Virus record (IMG/VR): IMGVR_UViG_3300027519_000001
Reading direction: 5' to 3' (one strand)
From: a virus
Length of the DNA: 64,000 bases
Shown: positions 36,352 to 45,843 of the stretch, one piece after another
Numbering within the stretch: position 1 is the stretch's first letter
Layout of the letters: every line of letters begins with the position of its first letter
Made by a program: the position numbers and the translations under genes
The notes under the pieces: model-generated
What the model saw: the letters and a program-made list of their open reading frames with translations, nothing else
What the model was told of the DNA's origin: nothing
Databases searched by the model: none

Positions 36352-36996
36352 TTATCTAAAGGTAGGTCCGTGAACCCACAAGTTAAGACAGAATCTTTCA
36401 CCACGCTCGATAGGGCTTACTGAATGTTCCAAGTAAGATGGAAATACAATAACGTTGCCCACGTCTTTGTCTGCGTCACCGTAAGCGCTTATATTTAAAG
36501 TACAACCGTCATATTCAGGTTTGTCAGACAGTTGCACAATAACAGTAAGCTTACGACGACTAATTGAACCTTCACCAATATCATTATGACCTACATAATG
36601 ACCGGGAACAGTGTTATCAGCGTTATGGTAATGTAGTAGATTAATAGTCTCTTCAATACCGTACAGGTCAAACTCAAAGTATTTGTTTGCCGACTCTATG
36701 ATAACTTCAAGCTCTGCATAGACTTCACCAATAAGCTCTTGAAGTTTTTGTTGCTTCTCAGAACCTTCAAACACACCGTCAAACTTTTCTGAGTTGAAAT
36801 CAAAGGAGTACATATCTACTCTGCGAATAGAAAAGTCTTCTCTATCATCTTCGTTACCCTCAGCAGCAAGACCACCAGTATCTTTTTCAAAGTAGTGGAA
36901 GTTCTCGCGTAACCGCTTAACTAGGTCTTTATCGAAATCGAACTGCAATGCTGTAGACAGATAATTGTTTTCTTTTGCTAACTCTATGAAATACAT
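36352..36996 (-). CDS. 2OG-Fe(II) oxygenase, prolyl-4-hydroxylase-like (P4Hc / PF13640 type)
   Basis: GHNDIG (HxD), RRKLTVIVQLSD..EYDGCTL, and FPSYLEHSVSPIERGERFCL (distal His plus Arg). Confidence 0.75.
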   Translation of the reverse strand: MYFIELAKENNYLSTALQFDFDKDLVKRLRENFHYFEKDTGGLAAEGNEDDREDFSIRRVDMYSFDFNSEKFDGVFEGSEKQQKLQELIGEVYAELEVIIESANKYFEFDLYGIEETINLLHYHNADNTVPGHYVGHNDIGEGSISRRKLTVIVQLSDKPEYDGCTLNISAYGDADKDVGNVIVFPSYLEHSVSPIERGERFCLNLWVHGPTFR

Positions 36997-36997
36997 T

Positions 36998-38083
36998 TTA
37001 AACCCAAAACAATTGATTAAATTCTAAGTCTTCTTTCCAACGCTTTAGTGCAGCATTGTCAGGCTTACCCATTTTCAACTTGCTAAGAGACAATGGAACG
37101 TTCTTAACATCAGTTTTAATTCTAGCAAGCTTTCTGCTTACTTCGAAATTAGGACAAGGAACAGGTTCTTTTAAAGTAGGATGATCTACTTTCTTTCCTT
37201 TCTCGTTCACAATCTTTACAGGCTGTGGAACACCAGCAGCAGTAAGCGCTACTTTTCTATCGGGATGACCTGTAATGCGACCGTGCTTCTCAATTATGTT
37301 ATCGAGACTTCCCCAGCGGTCAAGAAGCTTGATAGCAGTAGTTGCACCACAACCTGGGATACCAGCAATGTTGTCAACTTTATCACCATCCATAATTAGA
37401 TAGTCAACGTACTGGTGGGGATGAAGACCGTCTTGCCCGTACATATTATTTTTAGTGTACAGTTTAGCTGGTGAGTTTTGTTGTTCAGGTTGCCATAACC
37501 GAATATGATGCTTAGTCAATAACTGCTTGAAGTCTTTGTCTCGACTATGAATCATTCGAAGACAACCTTTCAATTTCCAAGCAAGTGTACCAAGTATATC
37601 ATCGGCTTCGACAGGTTGATTAATCATGCGGCCGTCTAGTATAGTAAATCCAGCTAGCTTGCACAACGTTTTACAAATTTCAATCTGTTCGTGTAAGTCT
37701 TCATACGTATGTTCACTTACTTTACGATTGCCTTTATAAGATCGTTCTTCTTTCTTTGGAAAGAGAGCCTCTACTAATTCAGGTTCTTCTTTTGCCCACT
37801 TAGTAAAAACATCATATCGAAACGTTTCTTTACGTGGAATGTCAAAACAGATAACAATATACGGTACTTGCTTCTTAGACTGAATAAGAGTATACAGACC
37901 GTTTACCATGTTAATAAACCCTTTCACACCGTTGGTAGGAATACCATCTGACGTATGAAGAACAGGAGTAGCATAGTAAGCTCGATTGACCCAGTTGTTA
38001 CCATCTATTAAATGCACTATTGGAAGTCGTGCTTTGACTTGTGGTTGTTTCTTTGCCTTCTTAGAGGCTCCAAATTCGCGCAT
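36998..38083 (-). CDS. 5'-3' exonuclease / flap endonuclease (Pol I N-terminal domain type)
   Basis: PIVHLIDGNNWVNRAYYA, PVEADDILGTLA and DNIAGIPGCGATTAIKLL (H3TH). It carries an 18 aa basic N-terminal extension. Confidence 0.85.
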   Translation of the reverse strand: MREFGASKKAKKQPQVKARLPIVHLIDGNNWVNRAYYATPVLHTSDGIPTNGVKGFINMVNGLYTLIQSKKQVPYIVICFDIPRKETFRYDVFTKWAKEEPELVEALFPKKEERSYKGNRKVSEHTYEDLHEQIEICKTLCKLAGFTILDGRMINQPVEADDILGTLAWKLKGCLRMIHSRDKDFKQLLTKHHIRLWQPEQQNSPAKLYTKNNMYGQDGLHPHQYVDYLIMDGDKVDNIAGIPGCGATTAIKLLDRWGSLDNIIEKHGRITGHPDRKVALTAAGVPQPVKIVNEKGKKVDHPTLKEPVPCPNFEVSRKLARIKTDVKNVPLSLSKLKMGKPDNAALKRWKEDLEFNQLFWV

Positions 38084-38116
38084 AGTATATGTTCACTTCT
38101 TTGTTTCTTATAGTTC

Positions 38117-38129
38117 TATTTACAGTTTT
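38117..38129 (-). promoter_or_regulatory. copy 2 of motif AAAACTGTAAATA
   Basis: It lies 33 nt upstream of the FEN ATG and overlaps the stop codon (38120-38122) of the upstream gene. Confidence 0.55.
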
Positions 38130-38635
38130 TTAATATCTAACATCGTGTCCCTGTAAGACTGAGATTTGAATATTCGATACACTGGTAAATACGGAGTGTG
38201 TATAATGTCCATAGCATACTGATAAAAAGACCCGTACGATAAGTTAAACCAACTATAACCTGCACGGCCGTGAATCATCATGAATTGCTCTAACGAATCA
38301 TAGTCAATTTGCTTATGCGTAGAATAGAAAGGAATTGAGCCTATTCTGTTTTTGCCTGTACCGAGGACAATAAGATTTCTTACATTACGTTTAAGAATGC
38401 GCAACTGTGATTTAGTCGGATTCTCTACAATGACATTATCAGAAAAGATATGAAGATCTAGAAAGGAATTAAGAGAGGAGCGAAAGAGGTCTAAGCCTAC
38501 AGAGTTGTGACGTAGTTTTTTATTATGTGTGTTGCCATACGATACGTACGGTTCATTATGTATTTGACAATGCTGTGGAGAATCAAAGCAGCAGCCACAA
38601 CGGGCCACTGCTTCTATTTTAGTTTTCGTAACCAT
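38120..38635 (-). CDS. hypothetical protein (171 aa)
   Basis: ATG at 38635. The track start at 38653 is a GTG. Confidence 0.6.
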   Translation of the reverse strand: MVTKTKIEAVARCGCCFDSPQHCQIHNEPYVSYGNTHNKKLRHNSVGLDLFRSSLNSFLDLHIFSDNVIVENPTKSQLRILKRNVRNLIVLGTGKNRIGSIPFYSTHKQIDYDSLEQFMMIHGRAGYSWFNLSYGSFYQYAMDIIHTPYLPVYRIFKSQSYRDTMLDIKKL

Positions 38636-38933
38636 AGACAACTTCTTTGTCACTGTCTATTCGTTTGGATTCTATCTTACTAGAAACCCAGTCATATACA
38701 GATTGATAGTTATCGTTAAACAGATTTCCATTTAAGTAAACTATGATGAAGTTTTTAGGGTACTCTAAAGGATACAACTGCTCATACGAGTAAAAGATAG
38801 ATTCTTTGTACTTGTCTGCATCTGCTTTATTTCCAGATACTAAAGCAACCGTAATAATACCCTGCTTGTCATTGGTTCTAATATTGTGAACACTAAGACA
38901 TTGTTGAGTGAAGAGGCGTACTAGACCTTCCAC
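38619..38933 (-). CDS. hypothetical protein (104 aa)
   Basis: ORF in the operon. Confidence 0.55.
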   Translation of the reverse strand: MEGLVRLFTQQCLSVHNIRTNDKQGIITVALVSGNKADADKYKESIFYSYEQLYPLEYPKNFIIVYLNGNLFNDNYQSVYDWVSSKIESKRIDSDKEVVYGYEN

Positions 38934-39361
38934 TCGTCTTCCTCGTCCTCGTCTTCTTCATCGTCTTCATCGGCAGGAACGCCGTCTTCATCTTCATCAG
39001 TAAAGACAATTGCTTCGATTTCGCTAGAGTTAGAATACTGATCATCTAGCTCTTTAACAGCATCCGCCGAAAGCTCTACTGTAATAACAAGAACTGAACC
39101 GATACGCAGAGTCTGAGTTATCATCATGAAGCCGTCATCAGATTCGGCTAGCTCTGCAACTAGAAGAGACAAGTAAGAATAAACGTCACCGAGAAGTTCA
39201 GACTTATCATAATCGTCTTCAAGTAATTCTTGAACTCGTTCTTCGCCGAGCCAATCTTCAAATGATGAAAATACAAAATCTAAACCGTAGTCGTTAGTAA
39301 GTACGACGATTGAAGGTTGTTCTGGGTTGTAGTCGTATGATGAAAATAATTCGTCAGACAT
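38921..39361 (-). CDS. acidic hypothetical protein (146 aa)
   Basis: ORF with a D/E-rich C-terminus (DEDEDGVPADEDDEEDEDEEDEW). Confidence 0.6.
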   Translation of the reverse strand: MSDELFSSYDYNPEQPSIVVLTNDYGLDFVFSSFEDWLGEERVQELLEDDYDKSELLGDVYSYLSLLVAELAESDDGFMMITQTLRIGSVLVITVELSADAVKELDDQYSNSSEIEAIVFTDEDEDGVPADEDDEEDEDEEDEWKV

Positions 39362-39363
39362 AT

Positions 39364-39648
39364 TTATCGCTCCATTGAATTGTGTAATGCCTCAAGAATC
39401 TTTTTGTTAGAGCTTGTAAGCACAGTAAAGTAAAACAAATAAGCAAAGTCGGGGTCACCAATATCTACTGGTAACTTTGCTTGTTGATCGTAAAGCTTTG
39501 AGCCTACTTCGTCCGCAAGAGACTTAGTAAACTTAGTCAACTGATGGATTTCTAACATAGACAAATCAATTTTATTTGCTTCGTCCATGTAATCTTTTTC
39601 AGGTTTATTGAATTTTTCAGAATACCATTTACTAAGATTCATATTCAA
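39364..39648 (-). CDS. hypothetical protein (94 aa)
   Basis: ORF in the operon. Confidence 0.55.
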   Translation of the reverse strand: MNMNLSKWYSEKFNKPEKDYMDEANKIDLSMLEIHQLTKFTKSLADEVGSKLYDQQAKLPVDIGDPDFAYLFYFTVLTSSNKKILEALHNSMER

Positions 39649-40027
39649 CGCCTAAAGGATTAATGATACGTTCGGCAGTATCTACTAAGAAACATTTGCC
39701 TGTAGCGTAACCTTTTAACCATTCATTGAATCTAATAACGAACATACCAAAAGGTTGAAACAACTCTACAGGAATGTCAGTAGATAGCTTGATAGTTTCA
39801 AACATAGTTTTATCAAAAGTAGAGAAATCCGTTATAGGACTTTGCGCTCGTACTGGAATAAACTTGTATTTAATATCGCCTTCTGTATCTACGTATAGCG
39901 TAACAAGAATTCCGCATTGAGGTAAAGTTTTATCGATGATAATAACTCTGAACCTTTCTTTTGGGTTATCTAGTTGCCACTCTTTAAACGCATCAGGATT
40001 TTCTAAATCTTTACTGATAGATATCAC
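39632..40027 (-). CDS. hypothetical protein (131 aa)
   Basis: ORF in the operon. ATGA overlap upstream. Confidence 0.55.
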   Translation of the reverse strand: MISISKDLENPDAFKEWQLDNPKERFRVIIIDKTLPQCGILVTLYVDTEGDIKYKFIPVRAQSPITDFSTFDKTMFETIKLSTDIPVELFQPFGMFVIRFNEWLKGYATGKCFLVDTAERIINPLGVEYES

Positions 40028-40968
40028 TGTCGTAATTCCTCAAATTTCTGAATAGGTGGTCGGTACACACCTTGACGTTCATAACTGTTTCGTGCTTTGA
40101 ATGCTGGAACGCGAGTTCTAATAGTCGTAGGCAACGAGTTATACATTACAGCATATTCGGACAACCCTATCAATGTGACACCGAGCGTAAAGTCTTGCAC
40201 CAAATCAGCTTCCCACTTCTTAACAAGATTGGCAATGTAAGGACTTGATACGTTTAACTTTCTCTGCTCTAAGTGTACTAGTCGCATATAGGACCGTAAG
40301 AACCTCTCTATAAAGAAATCAACTTGCTCATTCTGCATCATTATAACAGTGAACCAGTGTGCAATATTAATAAAGCCTCTACTATAGTACGCATGACTAT
40401 TAGGACTTACAGAATACTGAACATCAATATCCATAGAATCAAGTATCATCTTTTCGAAATCTTTATCGAAAGAGGTTTTAAGGTTCTTCGACCAAATAGA
40501 GTTTACTGCATTACCTCCTACAAAGCTTTTACTATACGGAAAATTAGATATTTCAAATTCGTTTCTGTTTATGTAATCTTTGTAGAGGTATCCACCAAGC
40601 GCTGAGAAACAAGGTGAACTATTTTGTACAGCTAGTATGTAACTGTTGCCTTGTTCTTTTTCCTGACATAGAGTTAGTAGATTAGGAATCAGAATCTTGT
40701 TAAAGCAGATATCAGTTTTTCTATCGAACTCTACTTCTAGGCTGTCACGGGGTTTTTTAAGAATACCTTTATCGTACATTTTACTGCACAACTTATCTGA
40801 GATAGCATGATATGTTACAGCGATACGCCCTAATGGACGGTAGAACAAATCGTTTTTAAGCTCAGTCGCTCTCTGACGCAAGCGAGTACTATGGCGTTTA
40901 AAAAGATAGCCAAAGACTAAACCTAATATCTGTCTAGTCTTTAACGTATCTAACTGTTTCTCGATCAT
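40024..40968 (-). CDS. hypothetical protein (314 aa)
   Basis: Long ORF, ATGA-coupled to the putative portal gene. Confidence 0.65.
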   Translation of the reverse strand: MIEKQLDTLKTRQILGLVFGYLFKRHSTRLRQRATELKNDLFYRPLGRIAVTYHAISDKLCSKMYDKGILKKPRDSLEVEFDRKTDICFNKILIPNLLTLCQEKEQGNSYILAVQNSSPCFSALGGYLYKDYINRNEFEISNFPYSKSFVGGNAVNSIWSKNLKTSFDKDFEKMILDSMDIDVQYSVSPNSHAYYSRGFINIAHWFTVIMMQNEQVDFFIERFLRSYMRLVHLEQRKLNVSSPYIANLVKKWEADLVQDFTLGVTLIGLSEYAVMYNSLPTTIRTRVPAFKARNSYERQGVYRPPIQKFEELRQ

Positions 40969-42839
40969 TTCTTAGCTTTGTTCTTTTTAGCCGTAGACGT
41001 TGCTTGGTATAAATGAGATACAGCCTTAGCATTCGGGTCTAAACTACGCAAAGCTTTGGCGATATTATCGTTTGCTTTTTCGTTAGCCGCTGCCTGTCTG
41101 AATACGTGTTGCTTCTTACGTCCAGACTTGCTTACTGTATAAATCTCACTAGCTTCACCGAAGTCACGTTCGTACAGTTTAGGTTGACGTTTGTATCCAT
41201 CAAGTACACGACTCTTGAATCCATTTGGTCTTGATGCAGACGAGAATGAACCAAAGCCACCGCCACCACCCATACCATCATCAGCACCACCGGGTTTAAG
41301 TTTAGATAGTGCGTCTTGGTAATCGTTAATCTGTTTCTGCAAAGCTAGGTCTTCTTCGCGGTTGTTAATTAGTGAATCCAAGTTGAATCCACCAGCAGCC
41401 GCCATAGCACGTAACGGAACAGGAACACCCATTTCTTGAAGACTGCGTAACATATCCATGTACTGTTGATCTGCTTCTGGTTTAAGTTGCTTAGCCCAGT
41501 GAACAGTAGGTATGAACAATTTACTTCCATCATTCATAGTACGTAGAATGTCTTCGCTGTCTTGTTGCATCAGACCTTCTTTCTGAACAATCTTACCACG
41601 CTTATTGATTGTATACCCTTGCATCATTGCTACTAATGGAAATACTTTAGAGTAAAAGATACGGCGCGTTAAGTTGTCGCGGAAAGCTCTCATGGATTCA
41701 ACGAAGACCGTAAGAGACCCTTCCATATTTGCGTAAGATGCATCACCAGAAAGGAAAGCTTCTGATATACCGAGTGCCCGCATTTTAACGAATGTAGTTT
41801 CGTTCCACAAGTCAGTGACTTTCCAGAAGTCACCACCCTGTCTAAGCTCGTCTACAGCAACACCTAGTCGTGTCGCAACTACAGCACCAATCGGGTCAGC
41901 GTCTGCGTTAGTAAACATGTTTGAGATTATCTCAAAGTCTTCTGGGCCCGGCTCCCACTGATCACCATCACCAATTTGAAGATGCATGATACCACGCTGT
42001 CTACGCCCTGACTCAATCAATGTACCTCGATAAAGATTCTTTTCAATTAACCAAATCGGAAGTACACGCTTGAAGTAACTTGTAGGGTTAGAGTGGGTGA
42101 ATGTTCTACGCGGAACGTACAGCGTACTGATAGGATCTAACTCTAATCTATCAGTCATTAGCTTGTTAAAGAATTCTTCGCCTACACTTTTCTTCAATCG
42201 TTCAATACGAGGGCTTTCCATTTGCAGAGTTTTACGAAGTTCTCTATCCATTTCTAGAATGATGATAGGGTCTTGTCCGTATGCAAATAGCTGGTGGATT
42301 TCCAAACTATCCAATCTGTGACACATCAAGTCAATAAACTTTTTGGATTGCTTATTGTGTAACAAACTGCCGCAGAAACCTCCAGTAACTTTATAGTCAA
42401 TAGAGATTTCAGAGAATATGTTGCGTAAGTTTAGTACTTCAATTGCAGAACGGTAAGCATCAAGGAACTTATCATTTGCACCACCGATAGAGAATTCACT
42501 GAACGGTAAAGTACTAAACATATCTACAGCAGATCCACAAACAGGGTCATGCCAGTACATATCACGATATACATTAAACAGAACTTTGTCATGTAAATCG
42601 TAATCCATGCCTTCCATCAAAGGGTCAGTGTCGATGTTTAATGGCATTTGAGTAACACTAGGAATAGCATCACTGGTACTGGATAAACCTGCTTGCTTAG
42701 CTAGTGCAGCTATGCGTTGGCTATCTTTTTCTTGATACACCTGCGAGTCAGACAACCGCTTAGTGCCTGTAGCACCAGCAGTTATCTTTCTACTTTGCGT
42801 AGGGGCCCCACTTCTGTATCTATTGCTAAAGTTAATCAT
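40965..42839 (-). CDS. probable portal protein (624 aa)
   Basis: The call rests on size and on position three genes downstream of terL. It has a Gly-rich, basic C-terminal tail. No diagnostic motif was recognised. Confidence 0.5.
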   Translation of the reverse strand: MINFSNRYRSGAPTQSRKITAGATGTKRLSDSQVYQEKDSQRIAALAKQAGLSSTSDAIPSVTQMPLNIDTDPLMEGMDYDLHDKVLFNVYRDMYWHDPVCGSAVDMFSTLPFSEFSIGGANDKFLDAYRSAIEVLNLRNIFSEISIDYKVTGGFCGSLLHNKQSKKFIDLMCHRLDSLEIHQLFAYGQDPIIILEMDRELRKTLQMESPRIERLKKSVGEEFFNKLMTDRLELDPISTLYVPRRTFTHSNPTSYFKRVLPIWLIEKNLYRGTLIESGRRQRGIMHLQIGDGDQWEPGPEDFEIISNMFTNADADPIGAVVATRLGVAVDELRQGGDFWKVTDLWNETTFVKMRALGISEAFLSGDASYANMEGSLTVFVESMRAFRDNLTRRIFYSKVFPLVAMMQGYTINKRGKIVQKEGLMQQDSEDILRTMNDGSKLFIPTVHWAKQLKPEADQQYMDMLRSLQEMGVPVPLRAMAAAGGFNLDSLINNREEDLALQKQINDYQDALSKLKPGGADDGMGGGGGFGSFSSASRPNGFKSRVLDGYKRQPKLYERDFGEASEIYTVSKSGRKKQHVFRQAAANEKANDNIAKALRSLDPNAKAVSHLYQATSTAKKNKAKK

Positions 42840-42841
42840 AC

Positions 42842-43063
42842 TTAAACACTTTTAGGTAGAGGGTTTGTCACTCTGCATTTAGCGCAATGGTAAGCGTCTT
42901 CTTTTGGAGAAACAGCTACGATAGCCATTTGTCCAGAACATTTAGGGCAAGAGCCGTGAGTGTTGTTTTCAAACAGTGCGCTTGTCGATTCTACGCCTTC
43001 AACACTTGAAGTACTTTCAGGTTCTTGCTTCTTTACTGCTTCTAATGGATTAAAAAATTGCAT
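42842..43063 (-). CDS. small zinc-ribbon protein (73 aa)
   Basis: CPKCSGQM...(17 aa)...CAKCRV, two CxxC pairs. Confidence 0.55.
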   Translation of the reverse strand: MQFFNPLEAVKKQEPESTSSVEGVESTSALFENNTHGSCPKCSGQMAIVAVSPKEDAYHCAKCRVTNPLPKSV

Positions 43064-43096
43064 AATATGCCTCTCCTTTTATTTACTGATAAATTA

Positions 43097-43747
43097 TCAT
43101 TTGTCTCTTATCAGTTTTTTGTGCTTGTTCTTTTCTATTTTAGACCAAACAGGGTCAAGTAGGTCACACTGTAGATTCCACTTGTCTCTGTGGTAAGATA
43201 GCATAATTAAACACATGTAGATTATTTGATTCAGAGTAGCTAACTTATCGATAGCCGAATCTGTGTTCAAGTCGAAAGAACGAAAAGAGTTGACCAGAGA
43301 ACCTAGTTTAGTATACAGCGCAAATGTCCAGTCTTCATATACAAAGTCATCACGATTTAAGTTTTCAAATCGATTGTCGATAACTGTGTCAATAGACATA
43401 ATTGCTTCTAGGTTCAACTGACCTTTTGTCTCTTGGTCTAAACAATAAATAAAGTTTAGAGTTCGTAGAAGTACATCTGATATTTCCCACCCTTGTCTGG
43501 TGCAGGCTCTTTCAGGAGATTCATTCTCGTTGTCATACTCGCAATACATTTCATAAACTTCACTAAAGAGCATAGCGATCTTTTCAAGGTAGTTTGATTT
43601 ATCATTCCACCCGATACTAAGAATCCACTCGCTATGTGCCTTGTGAACTTCATATAACTTAGAGTCCAACTTCCCTGTTTCAAACTTAAAGAATTCTTTT
43701 ACACTCTGTCTGAAAAACGCTTTACAGTTTGTACTCCTATCTATCAT
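43097..43747 (-). CDS. hypothetical protein, possible MazG-like all-alpha NTP pyrophosphohydrolase (216 aa)
   Basis: FSEVYEMYCEY (ExxE) followed by GWEISDVLLRTLNFIY (ExxD) is spaced as in MazG. This is a weak, motif-only call. Confidence 0.4.
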   Translation of the reverse strand: MIDRSTNCKAFFRQSVKEFFKFETGKLDSKLYEVHKAHSEWILSIGWNDKSNYLEKIAMLFSEVYEMYCEYDNENESPERACTRQGWEISDVLLRTLNFIYCLDQETKGQLNLEAIMSIDTVIDNRFENLNRDDFVYEDWTFALYTKLGSLVNSFRSFDLNTDSAIDKLATLNQIIYMCLIMLSYHRDKWNLQCDLLDPVWSKIEKNKHKKLIRDK

Positions 43748-43749
43748 TT

Positions 43750-45843
43750 TTATTTTCTCCGTTGAGTTAGACCAATGTTGCCGCCATTACCACTACTGTA
43801 ATGTTTGGCTTGTGAAGATACACCACTTGAATTTGTCTTAGAACCGAGTAACGCTATTCCGATAGGCAGCTTGGGTTTCTCAGACTCTTTCATAGGTTGT
43901 AAGATTATTTCTGAATACTCTGGATCACGAATTCCCCAATAGAACAAACTTAGCGCTCTAAATGAATCATCAGTTAAATCGCCTTCGCCTTTCAATACAG
44001 TTCTACCACTATCTTGAACAGTAAGTATCTGCAATGCAAGGTGTTCTATAGGTCTTCCGTCGAAGCAGTATGGATATTCATCTAGAGGGTCACGCAACAA
44101 CTTTTCCAATTCTGAACCTTTGTTCATAGCTGGAATAATCAATTGGAATTGTTCTAGACCTGTTTTAACTGCCCAGAAGTCTTGATACTTCAAGCTGTAT
44201 TGCTTGATAATCATATCAACGTCTTGGAAGTCTAATTGAATATCGTGCAGGAGCTTCAAGCTGTTCCATCTATCTGCAAGTACTACCCTTACATTACGCG
44301 CCTCGATAATAGGCTTCATAACTTCTTCGTAAATCATTGTATAGTGTAATGGAATTCCCGGTCTAGGAATAATCTCACACACAACTTCGATAGTAGGTAT
44401 ACCTTGCGAATTGAAAGAACCAACAACCATTGAAAAGCTGTTGTTTGTATATCCAGCATCGAGTGCCATTATACTATAGCTTGACCCGGGCTTAACTTTA
44501 TCTACTACACCGTATCTGTACTTCTCTTTACCAACAACAATAAAGTCTTGCTTGTACTTAATGAAGTTGCGATTTGTTTTACTAAATGCCTCTTCCACCA
44601 GAAGTTTGTTGTTGATAAATGCGTTAGCACTTAGAGGTGGATCAGCACCATAGTCTCGTTGGGCTGTAATCGGGTCTTTGCGATATTCTTCAACAATGAA
44701 TCCACTGTTTCTAGAGATAGTTGGGTTCATCTTCCATGTTGGAGCATGAAGACCGAATGTTTTTCTAGAACCAATAGACGTTCTAACAAGTTCACATATC
44801 TTGTCTCGTATACTAGACGGTGAACTAATGTTGAGCATATATGCAGTAAGCGCTTGGTCGTATCCAATATCGATAAGCCTGTCTTCCGATGCACGAAGAG
44901 TACCAAGTGAACGCACGAGAGCCTCGTAAACACCGTTAGCGTCTATCGTTATCTTGTTACTTGCTTTGTTGTTATCGAACCAACCGATTTCATCTATCGC
45001 ACCAATGACTCGCGTTCTACCACGCAGTTTACGTTTATCAGGTCCTGCTGGGTACAGAATCAAGTTACGATGTTTATAGTGGATGAACATGTCCTTTACA
45101 CGCACGAATTCAGTATGATATTTACGTTCATAGAATTTCATTAGTGCATGGTATTTCTTGAACCAAGGACTGTTGTTGATATAACCAAGAAAAGGGTCCC
45201 AAAGCGTTTCTTTCGCTTGACCCTGTGTCAATGCCACGAATGTAGCATGTAAGATTTGCCCCTTACCAACTCTAAATATTTCAGTTGGCTTTTGCATTTT
45301 AAGAATGCGATGGGTTATGTAGGTTGATGCCATTGCAGTAACGATACTCTTACCACTACGCTGTCCAGCTAGTACCGCTAGTTCATTGTAGAAGTTGAGT
45401 TCACCACTACGGATCATTTCAGCACGACCTGCACCACACTTAGGACATTTACCAAATTTAAGCATCTGCACTTTTTCAACGATAGCGCCAAGGCCTTCTT
45501 GAGGTTCGTGGTTATCTATGTGCATCCATTCAGTATCGCTGCATTTCGGGCAGTACTCCGCGAAAAGCTGAATACATATAAGTGCTTGCTCTAAGTATGG
45601 AGGTTCACACCCTAAGAACTTGTCGCTAATCATCCAATCAAAAACGTTTGGAGCTTCGGGACAACTAGAGTCATCGAGTCGTAAGTCAGGAGCAACAAGA
45701 GTATCGTTCTCTATTACTTCATCTACCATAGCTATTACGTCTATGGATTCACCGTCATCTAGAGGGTTATACTCTTGCTCTTTTTCGTCAAGGAAAGATA
45801 AATCTTCTGATTCTGAATCATCAGCTTCACCCATATTAAGCAA
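43750..45843 (-). CDS. terL: terminase large subunit
   Basis: Walker A VLAGQRSGKS. Q/adenine motif region ATFVALTQGQAKE. Walker B AIDEIGWF. C-terminal RNase-H-like nuclease Asp motifs IMALDAG and VVLADRW. The track start at 45843 is a TTG, and the first ATG is at 45834. Confidence 0.8.
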   Translation of the reverse strand: MLNMGEADDSESEDLSFLDEKEQEYNPLDDGESIDVIAMVDEVIENDTLVAPDLRLDDSSCPEAPNVFDWMISDKFLGCEPPYLEQALICIQLFAEYCPKCSDTEWMHIDNHEPQEGLGAIVEKVQMLKFGKCPKCGAGRAEMIRSGELNFYNELAVLAGQRSGKSIVTAMASTYITHRILKMQKPTEIFRVGKGQILHATFVALTQGQAKETLWDPFLGYINNSPWFKKYHALMKFYERKYHTEFVRVKDMFIHYKHRNLILYPAGPDKRKLRGRTRVIGAIDEIGWFDNNKASNKITIDANGVYEALVRSLGTLRASEDRLIDIGYDQALTAYMLNISSPSSIRDKICELVRTSIGSRKTFGLHAPTWKMNPTISRNSGFIVEEYRKDPITAQRDYGADPPLSANAFINNKLLVEEAFSKTNRNFIKYKQDFIVVGKEKYRYGVVDKVKPGSSYSIMALDAGYTNNSFSMVVGSFNSQGIPTIEVVCEIIPRPGIPLHYTMIYEEVMKPIIEARNVRVVLADRWNSLKLLHDIQLDFQDVDMIIKQYSLKYQDFWAVKTGLEQFQLIIPAMNKGSELEKLLRDPLDEYPYCFDGRPIEHLALQILTVQDSGRTVLKGEGDLTDDSFRALSLFYWGIRDPEYSEIILQPMKESEKPKLPIGIALLGSKTNSSGVSSQAKHYSSGNGGNIGLTQRRK

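Noticed and set aside
43066-43090. Possible sixth copy of the promoter motif (minus strand TTATCAGTAAATAAAAGGAG) upstream of the zinc-ribbon ORF. Weaker look-alikes occur at about 59385-59400 and 58695-58705.
   Set aside because: Only the GTAAATA core matches. The first lies just 16 nt from the ATG and overlaps the RBS, leaving no room for a leader. These are not counted among the five copies.
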